Part shown: one piece after another, positions 13,874 through 28,000 of the stretch
Layout: each line of letters begins with the position of its first letter
Numbering within the stretch: position 1 is the stretch's first letter
NCBI GenBank assembly: GCA_040954595.2
Contig: CM082584.2
Coordinates: 6,591,919 to 6,655,918, forward strand
Direction: 5' to 3'
Source of the DNA: Balanoglossus misakiensis
Lineage: Eukaryota > Animalia > Hemichordata
Length of the DNA: 64,000 bases
Notes under the pieces: model-generated
The model's database searches: none
Told to the model about the DNA's origin: nothing
Seen by the model: the letters and a program-made list of their open reading frames with translations, nothing else
Translations under genes and position numbers: made by a program

Positions 13874-13953
13874 ACATACACAAATCACAAACACTGTTAA
13901 ATGATACTCTTCAACTGACTTCTTTATTCCCAACACGACTATTGAATTCTACA
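13874..13953 (-). terminator. Candidate distal polyadenylation site of the FGFR transcript
   Basis: On the minus strand: TGTA (13950-13953), AATAAA (13923-13928), CA about 20 nt downstream (13902-13903), then GU-rich gtgtttgtgatttgtgtatgt (13874-13894). Confidence 0.55.
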
Positions 13954-16900
13954 TGTCACAACTCATGTTTTTTTTTTCAAAAATAAAGTTTTGCATAAAA
14001 GTCAAACTCCTTTGGTAAAAATACAACGAAAGATATACAATTACTCAAAGTAAAATCTGAAAAGAAAGAATTTACAAGAAATTGGTACATGAATTTCTTT
14101 TCTCCAAATCCATGAGAAGTAATGCTTGATACGATATGATGGCAGTAATAAAATTTCCTGAAGCAGTTGCCTTGTACAGTGTATGTACACACGTAGAAAA
14201 TTTCGGGGGCTATTAGGAATTTCAGGGCACAAAACGTGCTACTTTGATATACAGACCCACCCTTAGCATTTTCTCGGCTTATTTCGCCTGAATTCTGATG
14301 CTTCAAGTTTCAGTTGTAAAACGCACAATGGCCGTCGTCGTCTGCCACTGAGATTATGGCGGGAAAAACACTTTGCTCAACATTAAAAGTATACCGGACA
14401 GACCTCCCTGTCTCTTTTGGGGGGAAAAATAACTGCAATCATTTCTGCATGAATCCTTGTAGAATGCGATAGTTCTCATCGAGAGAATTCCAATAACTGG
14501 CTAAGAAGTACCTCCCACACCCGTATTTGATATAGTTTGCAAGACAAATAAATGTCTCTATATCCGCATTATGACGGTGTGTTTCTAAGACACCTTGCAT
14601 CGAAAAAAACTAACCTCACAGTCTATACCTGTTTTTATCTACACATTAAAAATCTATCCATATCGTGTACATACAACTATATTTTAAAGTGGACCAGTGT
14701 TTTTTCAAATTTTTTGGTTACATTTAACATTAAGAAGCAACTTTTTTTTATTTCCTAGAGTGCAAGTTGCTTTAAAAGTTATTATCTAGTTTTGAGGTAA
14801 TATTGGACAAATATGTGTGAGATGCTGGACAAGGGAAAAAGTCAATATCATTATACTAAAAGCTGATCTGACTTTCGTACAACTGTATGTCCGTAAACAC
14901 TGACTCAAATATTAAATTTTCACTGAAATCCAAGAAAAGGACAAAACAGGAATGGGTCAGACTTGACGTGATATTATTTTGGCATAATTTTCTTTGGCAA
15001 GATCCGTTCACAATTCGACTATTCAATGTTACATAGGCAGAGAATGGGGCACCCAGTGTCAATATATGCATACTAATACGATAAAGACCTAAGGGGCTTT
15101 AATGATTGACAGTGACACATGACATGTCCTAGCCAATCCAAAATCACTTCATGGCCCTAATATATACACACAGGCTGTAATTTACAATTAAACAGTGACC
15201 GACTTACAGAAGTCAACAGTGGCAGATACCAATTTGTTTAAATTTGTGAAAAACGAATCAAGTTTGTACAGAATTTCTCTTTGGCAAATTACAACAAGCT
15301 ACAAACTCTCGGTATAGTACACATCCCAAATATTCAACTCTTGAACTCTGATTACACTTTGTCCAGAAAACAACTTAATCTTAGAATTCTCAAGTCACCG
15401 ATGTTCTCCTCGTGAGAGAACAAACTTTTTTAGACACTAATTGATTTTCTGAACCCTATAGAACAACTGCAGTTTTGATGTCCGTGAAAGCAAGTTAAAA
15501 TTTGCACAGGGGAAGTATATATATAAACGACAATTCAATTTCCAGATCTGCAAAGGTACAGTAAACCTTTTAACAGTTGTAAACACCAACTTGGCAATGG
15601 CTACAACTGTAAACCAATCAGGGTGCAGCATTACTTCTTTCAACCAATCAGAGAAGATTAAGAATCACTGCAACTACTTTCAACGAATCAAAGAGAAGCA
15701 TCACAACTACATGTATTTTAACTAGTCAGAGGGCAGCACAAAAGTGAAATAACTTTAGCTGCCACACCAGAACCTTTCTTGAACTGAAGTTGGATGCAAA
15801 ACAAAATTCACACAGTGAACAAAAAGCGTCTTTGATTCAACCATACAGAGTGAAAAAAGACTAAAACTTGTTAAAACTGAAGTTTCTCCCAGAATGATAT
15901 AATCACCTCCAGTCTCACTAAAATTAACCCTAATATACAAATCATGTTATATATAATATATATATATTTATATACTATATCGATAGATATATATCTTGCA
16001 GCTTGGACTTCGTATAGAAAATCTTCTGAGAGTTCATGTGTACAAAAAAGTCTGATCAACTAAAAATAGGAAAGTAAAAGCTACTACATATTTACATGAC
16101 TAGATTTTCATCAAGTCATCTGACACCAGAAAAGTAAAGTTGTACAGGTCATCTCCAGCCAATGAAAGTTCTTTTAGCAGGGCTTCTTGAGTTGAAATTC
16201 AAAGCAACGGTTGCTAATTTTTTAAACAACCATCAATTAAATTCATTTTTTTCATCTTACAAATGATATGAGTTGTGCGACTTTTCATCATCAGTAGCAG
16301 CATGCCAACTTACAAGATGGCATGGTGAAGAGACTGAAAAAAAAACCATGAAACTTACACAGCTAGCACCAGTGAAGTTGCCAGAAATACTGTGATTGTG
16401 AAAGTGTACTTGTATTAAAGTGTGGGCTTAGCGCTTTATACTGAGAAAAAAATCTTTTTGTCACAAAAGACAGAATAGGCTATTTATATACAAATTTACA
16501 CATACATGATTCCTGGGGCCAAGACACCACTAGAATTAGCTCCAACCATCCTATATCTTAACCATTATACTAAATGGGGCTAATAAATGCAAGTCGGTGA
16601 GGACACAGATAATTAGACTTTTGAAACTTGCACTAGACACATTACTTTTTTTCAGACCTGCACACTCCCGGAATAATTTCAAAACAGCTCCCTCTAGATC
16701 CCTTGCTCTCAGTTTTTCATGTTTTATTAATTACTTGAGTGAGTCATTGTTTTTTCCCCTTTATCATGTGATTCACTTTGCACCTCTTGAAGTGGAATCA
16801 ACCAAGTATGGATTTTCTAGAGAACAAACAATTGAAACGAGAGGGGTGGCAGGTTGTGAATTTCCCCTGTTACTCTGGATACGCCCGGATAAGATTCTGC

Positions 16901-18831
16901 TCATCGGAATATTCCATTCTATGGCAAACGAATAAGTGACAGGGTATGAATTTGAGCCCCTCACTCATCTGGCTTGAAAGCAACCTTATTTGGACATTCC
17001 ATTTTTAGCAAAGGGATGCATGACAGGGTGTGAATCCCCCGCCCTGTGACTTTTGCCTGAAAGACACTTTACTCTGCTTCGCTTCATCTCCCAGAAAGCT
17101 CAGCAAATGTTACTAGATACACCAGTCTTTGCGGTAGTGAGAATCAGTAATACCAAACAAAAACAAATATACAAGACAATAATTCCACATCCCACTTTTC
17201 TGAATTTAACAGACTGCAATTTTTGTTTACAGAACTTTTGAGAAACGAGAAATATCACATACTAGCCCTTCATCGCCATTTTATTGTGATATTGTTGAAT
17301 TATGCAACAGAGAATTTTGGTTCATTCTCGTGGGATGAGAAATTATTATCCGTTTTTGTCTTGGCATTTAAGAATACACAAACTTCTATGAACAAACACA
17401 AATCAAAAGCTATCAAAGATGGCATGAAAGTCACACAACAGTTTTTCTGTTCTCCTTGTGTTAAAATCACTGACGGGTTCACAATTTATAATATATTCAA
17501 TACTCACACATTTTTGGCCAAGTTCAAATCCCCAGCAAGTCTGACGGACAAGTATTGCGTGTTTGCTTCTGGAAGTGTTCTACAAGACTTTATAAGCACA
17601 CCGTGTGTGATACAGCACACGCAAAAATATTTGGCAGTTTTCGTTACCATATTAAACCCACACACAACTGTTTCTCTGGTCTACTGGAAATTAACCAGTT
17701 TTAGTACCCCTTAGCCAACTCACAGATAATTCACTTTCGTAGAGTGCTGGTCAAAGTTCACCAGTGTACACAATGCTCAGGTGGTCATTGTAAACTATGA
17801 AGAAATTAAGTGACAAGGTGACCAGTTTGTTACAGGGCTACTGATTGGTCAGTTCACATTTGATCAATTCACTCCAAAACCACACACATAAGCACAACTG
17901 CATTAGATTATGCCAAATGATTCTTTGGGATTCACTCAACTCCCAAAAATCATCATGTCAGATTTACATGGCATTCCAAAAACAAGGTTACACCAAAAAC
18001 ACAAATATATTTCCTAGAAATGTTTGCTTTCTGATGAGCCAGTTGAATTACCACAATACTCAATATTCTGGCTGTTTCTTTCATTCACCCTTACAGCTGC
18101 ACTGCCTTCACAAGTTTACTGTTTAAAAAAAAACTTGTATTAAATGTCAGTGGCCAGCACTTCCAAATTTGTCTTGGAATAAAAAAATTTAAACTTGGAT
18201 GCATGTCAATGGCTTCTTGTCACAACACCAAAGCACTATCTCCTCATATGCCTGCAAGTACCAGCATAAGAAAGCTTCTTTTGGCATGTAGGAGGGCTTA
18301 ATTATGTTTAATCCGATTTGAGAAAGCGATGCGAGGTTCAACAAGTCTCTCATCCCCGGCTGGATTCCTCGTAGTGGTGTCTTTGGTTACAGTCATTTTT
18401 CTGTGGGCTTCATTGGTGTACAATGGGTCGTCATGGTTTATGTCCACAGTCCGCACAGAAAACGACGTTTTCCATCGCAGCACGCCACGTCACAAAGACA
18501 CACATATTCACTTGCAGATAATCCTTTGTGACCTAAGCTTCTTGTCAACAATATATACAGTCACGAAAAAACGGTGACACCTTCACACTGTATAGTGCTT
18601 GGAGTGGTGATGAGTACGACGTCAACCAGCTGGGCAAATTCCGGATCAGTCTGGTGCTGGGAGACTCAGTGATAATCGCCACATACATGACAGTATCTGT
18701 ACATACATTACACTATATATAATCCACACACGGAAGTGCACAGCACTCATATAAAAGTACATATGAAGCTTGCCAGAGTTGACGTCAACATTGTTGTTGT
18801 TTTCTTCAAATTAATGGTGCATTTTATTCGT
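13902..18831 (-). other. Putative long (~4.9 kb) 3'UTR of FGFR
   Basis: Follows the stop codon, is AT-rich and has no recognisable protein ORF. Other minus-strand AATAAA hexamers (near 18823, 17281, 16723, 14747) could give shorter isoforms. Confidence 0.45.
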
Positions 18832-19002
18832 TCACACAGTCGATTCTAGCCTTGCCACGGTCTTGTCCTGGATATACGTGTGACCGCGACTGTCCGTGTT
18901 GTAATTGTTACTAGTTGCTCCAGCAGCTTCTACTTTACTGGTATCCAGGTAGTCGATCATGACCTCTGGTCCATCTCCAAGGGCATCCAACGAAAGATAG
19001 TC
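18832..19002 (-). CDS. FGFR: FGFR last coding exon: C-terminal tail
   Basis: Acceptor ttttttttccgcag, then [20 protein letters not shown]...TVARLESTV-stop. DYLSL lies at the position of the vertebrate PLC-gamma site YLDL. Confidence 0.92.
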   Translation of the reverse strand, partial: DYLSLDALGDGPEVMIDYLDTSKVEAAGATSNNYNTDSRGHTYIQDKTVARLESTV

Positions 19003-22000
19003 CTGCGGAAAAAAAATTAGAAAGAACGCACACTTTTTATGATTCAGGGAATGTCATGACCTGGGATTTCCCATCAGGGTGGTGATAATTGAAGGGGACA
19101 GTTAGCTGGATTTATGGAAGACTAAAGGTGGAGTGTCTGGATATCATCTCGTTGGTTGAATTACCCTTCCCACCGACAAGTTTTCATGGCTGTTTTCAGT
19201 TTTCCCATAAAACCGAATTTACTGCCCGAAAACACAGACCAGGCAGGCCGTAGGTTGTCTTAATTCACACACCACACCACACAGCAATCGCATTTTTTTC
19301 TCACAGTGTCTTGCTATGCTATATGTAAGTAAGACTTGATGTGATATTAAGCAGCGGGCATAACCATGATGGAATCTTACCACATTCCATTGTCTTTACT
19401 GATATGCAGAAGTGTCAAACATAATTTTAAAATAGTTTTCTTAAAATTTTCACAAAATCTCCTGGAAGTGAAACTACATTGTACCGTATATTTAATTTAA
19501 TAAACTGATCAAATTCACAGAATACCAAAACACTCTCCACATAAGCTTGATTTTTGGTAAACACAGGACGTTCACATACATGTAATATTTCAATATCTGG
19601 AGCTGAGTATGTAAACATATCATTGGTTTTATGGTGGACTTCATATTTTGGCCGTCATCTTTGACCTCTTTACTGGTCGATATGTAACCAAGGCAACTGT
19701 TGACATACATTCTGGTTAAAATTTCAAAAAAATAAATAAACAAAAATAAACAATTTTTACCTGAATACTGGACTGAGTCAGGAGACCATCAAGAGTTTGC
19801 ACAAGCTGGTTGAAGTTTGGTCTTTGGTTTGGTGACGTCCTCCAACACTCTCGCATCACACCATATCTTCAGGAAATAAAAATAAATATTTCAGTCAATA
19901 ATTTGTCACAGAAAATTTACATTTGTCAGGTCAATACCGGTATATTAATATCTCTCTTGGCTAATGTAGAGTGGGTGTAGATTGAAGGAAAAGACAATGA
20001 GACTAATAGTCTAACTTTAAATGAGAGATAATTTTGATAAATTTGAGTTGTGCGTGCCAGCCAGCCAACATCTCCAACAACTACAGATCGATGCATATAA
20101 ATGGTTTAATGCGAACGCGTTGATTCATTTTATCGCCAAGCCAGATGGTCTAAACACTTGATGAAAATCCAGCGGCGATCGCTCACAGCGTTAACTTCGT
20201 TTCCTGAACAAAACGAAGTCAGTGGGGGTTCTGACGAAAGGTTGATCGAGTCATTGTTTTCGCGCAAGTCGACCGTCGTTGTCGTGTAGACAGTTTTGAT
20301 GACTATCATCCAGTCTGGTGCACAGAGTGTATACATGTCCTGCTTGCCACCTTCACAGGCGTAAGAATTTACTCAACTGACAGCTTTCTCCACTTTTTTT
20401 CATGAGGGATTTGGGCATTATCTGTTACCACATATGGGAATTTCGAATTCGTGCACAGAGCGTGCTATGTGAGTCACACTCTCTGTCTGCCGGCCAAGAC
20501 TGCCATCATCTCCAACACAAAGAACCAATCAAAATATTACACATGGGCAGACACTGGCTCCAATTCGGTGATGAAATCTTTAAAAAAAAGCCTTTAATAT
20601 TGTTTGCTATATTGAATCTATCATCTGATGAGTGACCTAGCAATCTCAGCAAGAAGGCGGACCAATAAAACTGACACCTTTACAGAGACCGACTCCATTT
20701 TTACTGGGGTGTTAAGCAGAAATCTCATTTCCCAAGAATTCTCTGATACTGTTTTATCATGCTAAACCTATCAGAGAATGCAAATATCATCAATTCTGTA
20801 ACGATCGTCTGAAATTCGGTTTGCATCTATCACACGAAATTCTCACTGCTCCTGCCAACATCTAATATCCTGCCCCTCCATACGTATATCAAATCTAACA
20901 CTTACACTTCAGTTGAACAGCCATGTGGCTGTTCCATCCTCTTTCCGGCCTTCAGAAAATCAAAGAGCATTTCCACTGGAAGACTTGGATACGGTGAACC
21001 GCCCAATGTCATGATTTCCCAGAGAAGAATTCCGAACGACCACACGTCACTCTGTATCGTATAGATCCTGTCAAACAGAGCTTCGGGCGACATCCATTTG
21101 ACCGGTACTCGACCCTTCAAAGAAACGAAAACATAAATCAAAATTTTTGCACTATACCGGTATTAGCTGAGTTTCTATCATTAACCACTAGGAACTTAAT
21201 TCCCAGCAAAATCACTGGGTGTCTCAAAAAATATTCGTAACTGAGAGCTAATGTCCTGCAACTGCAGTTGCTATAACAACAGCGCTGGAGTACCACGGTA
21301 ACAGTAATGAAAACAGATTTTATCCCCCCTGGTCATCACAATTACAAAGAAATCAAACAAAATTATTTTCTCCTACATAGAAGTAAATCTACTCTCCCAT
21401 TTCTATTAAGGATTATTTAATAATGTGTCTATTTCCTTTCGGATATTAACTCCATTCATCAGATCACTTTGGAAACAAGCACTAGCATGGACACTCACTA
21501 AATACTCGTTTTTACTTACATTGGTATTTTTCCTATAATAATCTATATAATGCACATCTCTTGCAAGACCGAAATCTGCAATTTTCATGACGTAATCCGT
21601 GCCAACCAGCACGTTTCTGGCAGCCAAGTCTCTGTGAACGCACTGAAAAAGAAAAGAAGATTTATGTTTTCATCCCCTTAAATATAAAATTACAATTTAG
21701 AAACTATTAAGGTTAAAGTATCTAACTATCAACAGTGACACATCTAGATTTATTCCATTTCATATGTAAATTATTCCTTGTATCTATAGCAACACAGGTG
21801 TCATGGAAACAACACGCAAATCAACTACATCAGCTTCGATCAGCCAGCGAGAGATAGCGAAATATAGTGTATTTCCTGTGTGTCAATTATCTCTGTCTCT
21901 TCTGGTGATTGTGGCTCCAAGGATCATTTAGCTTTGCTTAATCTCTCTCATCTCACGTGGCTAATGTACATGTACCACACCTAACCTTTCCATGGTAAAA

Positions 22001-25000
22001 TCTACTTTCTATTTGTCATTAAAGCAAAAGGTGAGTATACTCTAGGCTGGGAATCCCTTCTTAGGGAGCATACAGATGTTATAGTTGGGGGGGGGGGGGG
22101 TTGGCCACTTTTTTGTCTGTAAACACTTGTCTGGAATACAGTGACCCTCCCCTCCCCCCAAGTGCAAATAATGACCCACCCCTTGGAGGAATCTAAAACT
22201 TGATGGTCAACACCCCTCTGCTTAGAGGTATAAATATAAATTAATGTACATGTACATTGGGCACTACAGGTATTTGACAATGCAAGTATCAAAGGATCTA
22301 CGTATACGGTCTATTCTCTATGGGTCAATTTCAAACATTTGCACTTAAAAACAGATAGGGGTTTCTACTGGAACATTAGAAGTCCAACATTTGCATACAG
22401 GAACAACGCAACCTACCTTGTTGACCGACAGAAAGGACATTCCCCTGGCTATTTGATATGCATATGACACTAAGTCTTTATTTGTCAATAAGTCTATTTT
22501 TGGCAGTAATTCGGCATTTTCATAATCCACGTTCTGAGGTCTGCGAGAGCGCAGGAAATCGCGTAGGTTCCCGTGAGGTGCGTACTCCACAATCACCAAT
22601 AAAGGACCTGAAAGATGGCAAAAGAAAGACAGAATTAGAATATGAAGGTGAATCTTGGCCAGTTGGTGTATGAAAATGAAATGTAATTTTTTTAGAGACT
22701 CATGCGCACATCAAAAAGAAGTACTTGTTTTCCAAGAAGCTAAGCTTGTTTTGAAGTTTGAGACAATTTTAGAAGACCTAATATAGAAACTAATCAGACT
22801 GGCCATGTACCAGTGGAGAGCTTATTAACCCTAGCGTTTCCTGAAGGAAAAGGCCGTACAATTCCACAAATGGCTTCTTGGCATGTTCGACCTCTCTGAC
22901 ATATCGGTAAGATTTAAACTAAGACACTTCAAGTCTTTGCAGCCCAGACAAACAGACCACTGCAATATCCTCCGTTTATTAGGCCGATTCTCAAGTGCCA
23001 CAGTAAAGGTATTCTCTTGATTAAACCGACCAGGGAAACTTCTTGCCAAAGGTGGGATTCGATTTAGCCAATCAGGAACAGCCTATCGGACCGTGATTGA
23101 CAATTAGAGTACCGGCCAATCGAAGGGGACCTACTGTAATCTGCCTAATAAATCAGATATCTTGGTCGAAATGTTCCCAGGTGAAGTCGGGTCACACGCA
23201 GAAGTAATTTAAGTGACATCTTAATGGAATTCTCGTGACACTTTCTGAAAGATCTGACCTTTTGCAAGATGAAATCTAGGTGCTCACACGTAACAAACAC
23301 GGAGATTATACGTGGCAATCTCACATTTGGCAGTTAATTTACTTGGTTTCATCTGGACACGACTCAAAATTCTAATCTGAGTGACATGACACAAATGCTA
23401 AAAGAAGGAAAACATCCTCAAAAGTAATTACACGCATATGCACTTACTATAAGCAAGAGGACAGCCGACAAGAAGATAAATGCATTTTAGTAATGGAGTC
23501 ATCAGCCGGATATAAATGCAGGATACGTTTACTGACAAAAAGTCTAATTTTTGTGACTATCTTATTTGCAATGACAGAAAACCCAGGGATAAGAAAATGT
23601 GTTCGGTATACACAACTTTCCAGATAAGACAGGGTTGGGTTAGACATGTTTTACTGTAATACACACAGCATAGCTTGATCCAAAGTTTCTTCAATTCCAT
23701 GTATAAGACCATTAAAACTCATGATTTCTTTCAGGAATTTGTGAGGTCATAAATACATTCGAAGAGCAATAATGCATTAAATTTTGTCATTGATTTTCAG
23801 ACCAATGGACATCATCATGGTATGCGATGAAAATATAGTTCAAAAAGCTTGTAAATTGACACTGACAATGCTAGATACAGCGCTTTAATAAACCACCATC
23901 CTGGATACAATTAATGTCCTTTATTGAACTGACCCTTAACCATTCTGGGTAATAGCCTAATAAATGGATCGATACTTACCATCCTGTGTACAACAGCCCA
24001 GTAAATTGATAATATTGATGTGTTTCCCTATTTGCTTCATCATGGCCATCTCGGAGATGAGGTCGTTCAACTCCCTTTCAGTGGCGTCAGCTGCAATAAG
24101 GCAGAATCATGCGCTTGTTAGTTAAAAACCCTTCGCTGAATACGAAAAGCCAATTTGGACTTATATTATCCACACATCCTCTGTAATAAATTCAAACGAC
24201 GCCGTGAATGATAAAGATGTAGTAGATGTGGACATTTTTTGAATGCACCCAGAGCAATTTCAAAATGACTGTTTCTTTATTTTCTGACTGAAGAATTCCG
24301 CGTTTGATGACTCACTCCGCCGTTTATACACAGAGTTTATAAGTCGTGCAAACCTACAGAGACTTGTAAAATGTAGAAGAACGGCCATGATTTCCATTTC
24401 AACCTTTTATCGTGGTTTTGTGACCTTCATTTTCTGTGCTTTAATTTTTGATGATATTATAAACATACATGTACGGTACTTTTCAAATTTTTCCTATTTA
24501 TTTGTGTGTGTGCATGTGTGTTAACAAATGATCAACCTCATTTTTCCACATTATGCAGTTGAAATATCTAATCATAATTTTGTCAAATTAAGTTCAGAGT
24601 TGATCAACACTGTCGTTTACTTTGGCAACATGTTCTTTTTTCCCTAATATTCCATTCTTGCATGCGGTATTATGCTTTTATGCTTCTTCAGATGGTGAAT
24701 CTTTCTGTTGGGCAGGGTTTAGATGGTGTATACATGTTCTGTTTGGGCAAGGCAATATTCACATCATAAACTGCATGATAATCACAATTGGAATGCAGAT
24801 GTACCAACTAACCAGATCTGTATAAACATTAACATTTTGAAACATTTTTAACAGTTTAAGGGAAGGTGAAGGCTCCCTAGCTGTCGGAAATGAGCACATG
24901 CAGACACTGCACTGATGAAATAACCTTTCCAGGCTGCTCAATATCATCTGTTTACTGGAAGGGATTACAAAGGAAATCTGAATAAAGCTCTTGCTTCAAG

Positions 25001-28000
25001 ACTTGTATGTCACGTAATGACAGGTAACATACTCATTACACTGGCAGTAATTCTAAACCTTTCCAACCACCATGAGGGGAAGGATTGTAGTTTCTAATAA
25101 TGCAGCTGTTTCCTTCGGAGGTGGCAAGATATCATATTAAAGTCTGTGGTGAAAGTGGCAACTTTTTCATTGTCAATTTTGGAGTACCTATTTCAGTCAT
25201 TTTATTTAATAAAACCCACAACAGAGGGTAAAAATAGGCAACAAACATTTCTCTTGGAAAGAGAAAAAATTGTAAAAAAACAAAAACATTAAAGGGACAC
25301 ACACATCAGCAATAAACATTAAAGGGACACACACATCATCTGTGGTAATTTGGAATGGGTATAAGCATTTTCTCGGTACATCAACAGAAATGAAAAAGAA
25401 AATGTACAAAAGGGGCTGTAGCCCAAGAGGTTTACCTTTTAACATCTTCACTGCACATGTTGTGCTTGCATTATTGCCTTCCTTCTTCATAATTCCAATA
25501 GCAGAAGCTTCAAACACCTGACCAAATGCACCTTCTCCAAGTGTCTTGCCCAGTGTCATTCTGTATATAGGAGAGTTACAAAAATTACTATCTCTCTTGA
25601 AGCAAGATATTTGATTTTGAAAACAAGCAAAAACACATGAGTATACCATAGACACATTTAAATGTTAACAAATATTTTCATTTTAAAGGAGACTACAAAT
25701 GGCAGAGTGTAATATGCTGTCGTACATGTATGTGAAAAACACTCTACAACAGAAATTTTCACCCATTATGACCGACACTGCATTCTATGAAACCATCAGG
25801 TCAAATGCTTTGAACTTAGATTTGCAAGTTCCCAGTATCAAATGTGCTTCATTGGATTTTTGTATCCTTTTTGTTGTACAACATATTCAAGACCAAAAGT
25901 TAAAACATGAACAGTTTTTTTCAGACACCAGCATATATTTTGTGCAGATTCCACTGTTTTAATTCTGACACGAAAAGAAATCATACATACCTATTTCTTG
26001 GAAACTCCCAATGTTCATCGTACGGGATCTCAATTTCCGAGATGGACGTTATGTTCGATGATAGCCGCTGACTGCGACGAATGAGTGGCTGTGAAGATCC
26101 GACCGAAGAGTTAGACTCCATGGACATCTGAAAGCGTGAGTGAAATCATAGAGTGAAAACGACCACTGCATGCACTGTATTGCACAGTGAAATACCAAAC
26201 GTAGTTTAGATTGACTTGTTTATAAGAGTCTTTTTTGCAAGTGCTAGCAAACAAAGCCAGCAGGAACTTCTGCATATACAATCAGGGCTATTGTCTCATT
26301 TTGATACATTGATGAATGGGTTTGACTTGCAACAGACATGAATATTAATGAGTATGAATATTAATGAGTATGAATATTAATTAGTACTCAAGTCTACACA
26401 CCTGATGCTGGATGACAGTGGTATTTGGGTTCTGTCGCCGCTGAGCCAGTCCCGGTCGTTGCGACTTTCGTCGGTAGCGGTGGCACAGGCAGTAGATGAT
26501 GATGGCTATGGCGAGCACGAAGACTATGACGATGGCGCTGATTATGTAGTAGTGCTGACTCGTCTCATTGTGTGAATTATTGGAGTCGTTTGGATCTGTC
26601 GCTACTGTCGTTTCAGGCATTGTATAGTTGTGACCTACACAGCAAACAAACACAAGAAAATTCAGTACTTAAACTGTTCATACCACTATAAAGCTGTTTC
26701 TTGTTAGTATTATTGATGATATAAAATCTGTATGAAGTGCTGTATCAAATTTAAGCTTGAACTTGGACATAATTTTTTAATGCACACACTGACTCCATAT
26801 TGCATGTGATTACCATGCACACACTGAATGCGCTGCAATTTTCAATACATAAACAGCGCCACCACAGTCCTTTACTCTGGGCATACATATATGCCGTCAA
26901 TAAAGCAAATAGCAAAAACAACAATGTCAATTTGACACCTCTAGAGTTCGTGTGAATAAGAGAGTTTGAAATATTTACAAAGACACCGAGATAAACGTCA
27001 GTATTTGAGTTGAAATCTAGACTTGTGTGGGGTCAATTAGGATGCTGGGCACTCTCCAGACATGAAGAAGATATTCATGAAACTGGGAAGACGACGTTGG
27101 CCAGCAACATTATGCATTATGCAGACGCGACCGAACAAAACACTCTCCGAAATCTAAACTACTTCTGCTAAACGACGATGTTAACCTGGCCTCCCGACAA
27201 CCGTAGCGGCATATGTGCAATTCAATTTCACTTTTTGAAAACCCTAAACAAAATGGCAATTGATTTCCTTGCATTGATATTTATGTTTCACATTCAACCA
27301 GCCCAGTTCAATTACTTCTTCCTGTGTGGAGTCAATCTCGTGTTATTTAGTGTCTACATTCAGAGACTCAGACTGCCCGGGACATTTAATAGTCTAATCG
27401 ATTTTTAAATCGGACATGACCGGAATGGCGATGATCAAGTTGTAAGTGTCACAGCCAGAGCGATACATCTCAATATAAACAAAGTCAGCCTCGGGTTTGT
27501 ATCAAAATCCCAGCTACCTTGAACAGGAACAGTTTGTACTCAGTTTTCAGAAATAACCAGTTGGTGCATGTGTAATAATGAATAATAACGATTACATGTG
27601 TATTACAAAAAAGTAGTGAAGTAAATTTTCATAAAAATTGAAAAAAAAATTAATAAATTTCACATCAATACAAGCACCAGGATATAGGTCACACAAAAAG
27701 TGGACACCAACTGCAAAATCATGAAAGACCGTATAGATGTCTCTCACCTGGCAACACCGTCAACCAGGCACTTTTATAGTCCACGCCCAGCGTATTGCTC
27801 GCCCAGCAAATGTACTTTCCGCTCTGTTCCGGCACAACACTGTGCAGCTTCAGAACATCCTGGTTCCCCGTCACGTTCGGCTGCAGTGAACAAGAAACAG
27901 AAAAGAACAACCTCAATGCATCATTCCCATACTTCCACAAGACACACACAACAATCACATAATATTCAATAATGTGCAACGTATACTGACATATGTGTTT

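Noticed and set aside
22825-23220. TTAACCCT start and paired CCAAT motifs suggesting a piggyBac-like element or internal promoter
   Set aside because: No right-hand inverted terminus was seen, and the motifs alone are insufficient.
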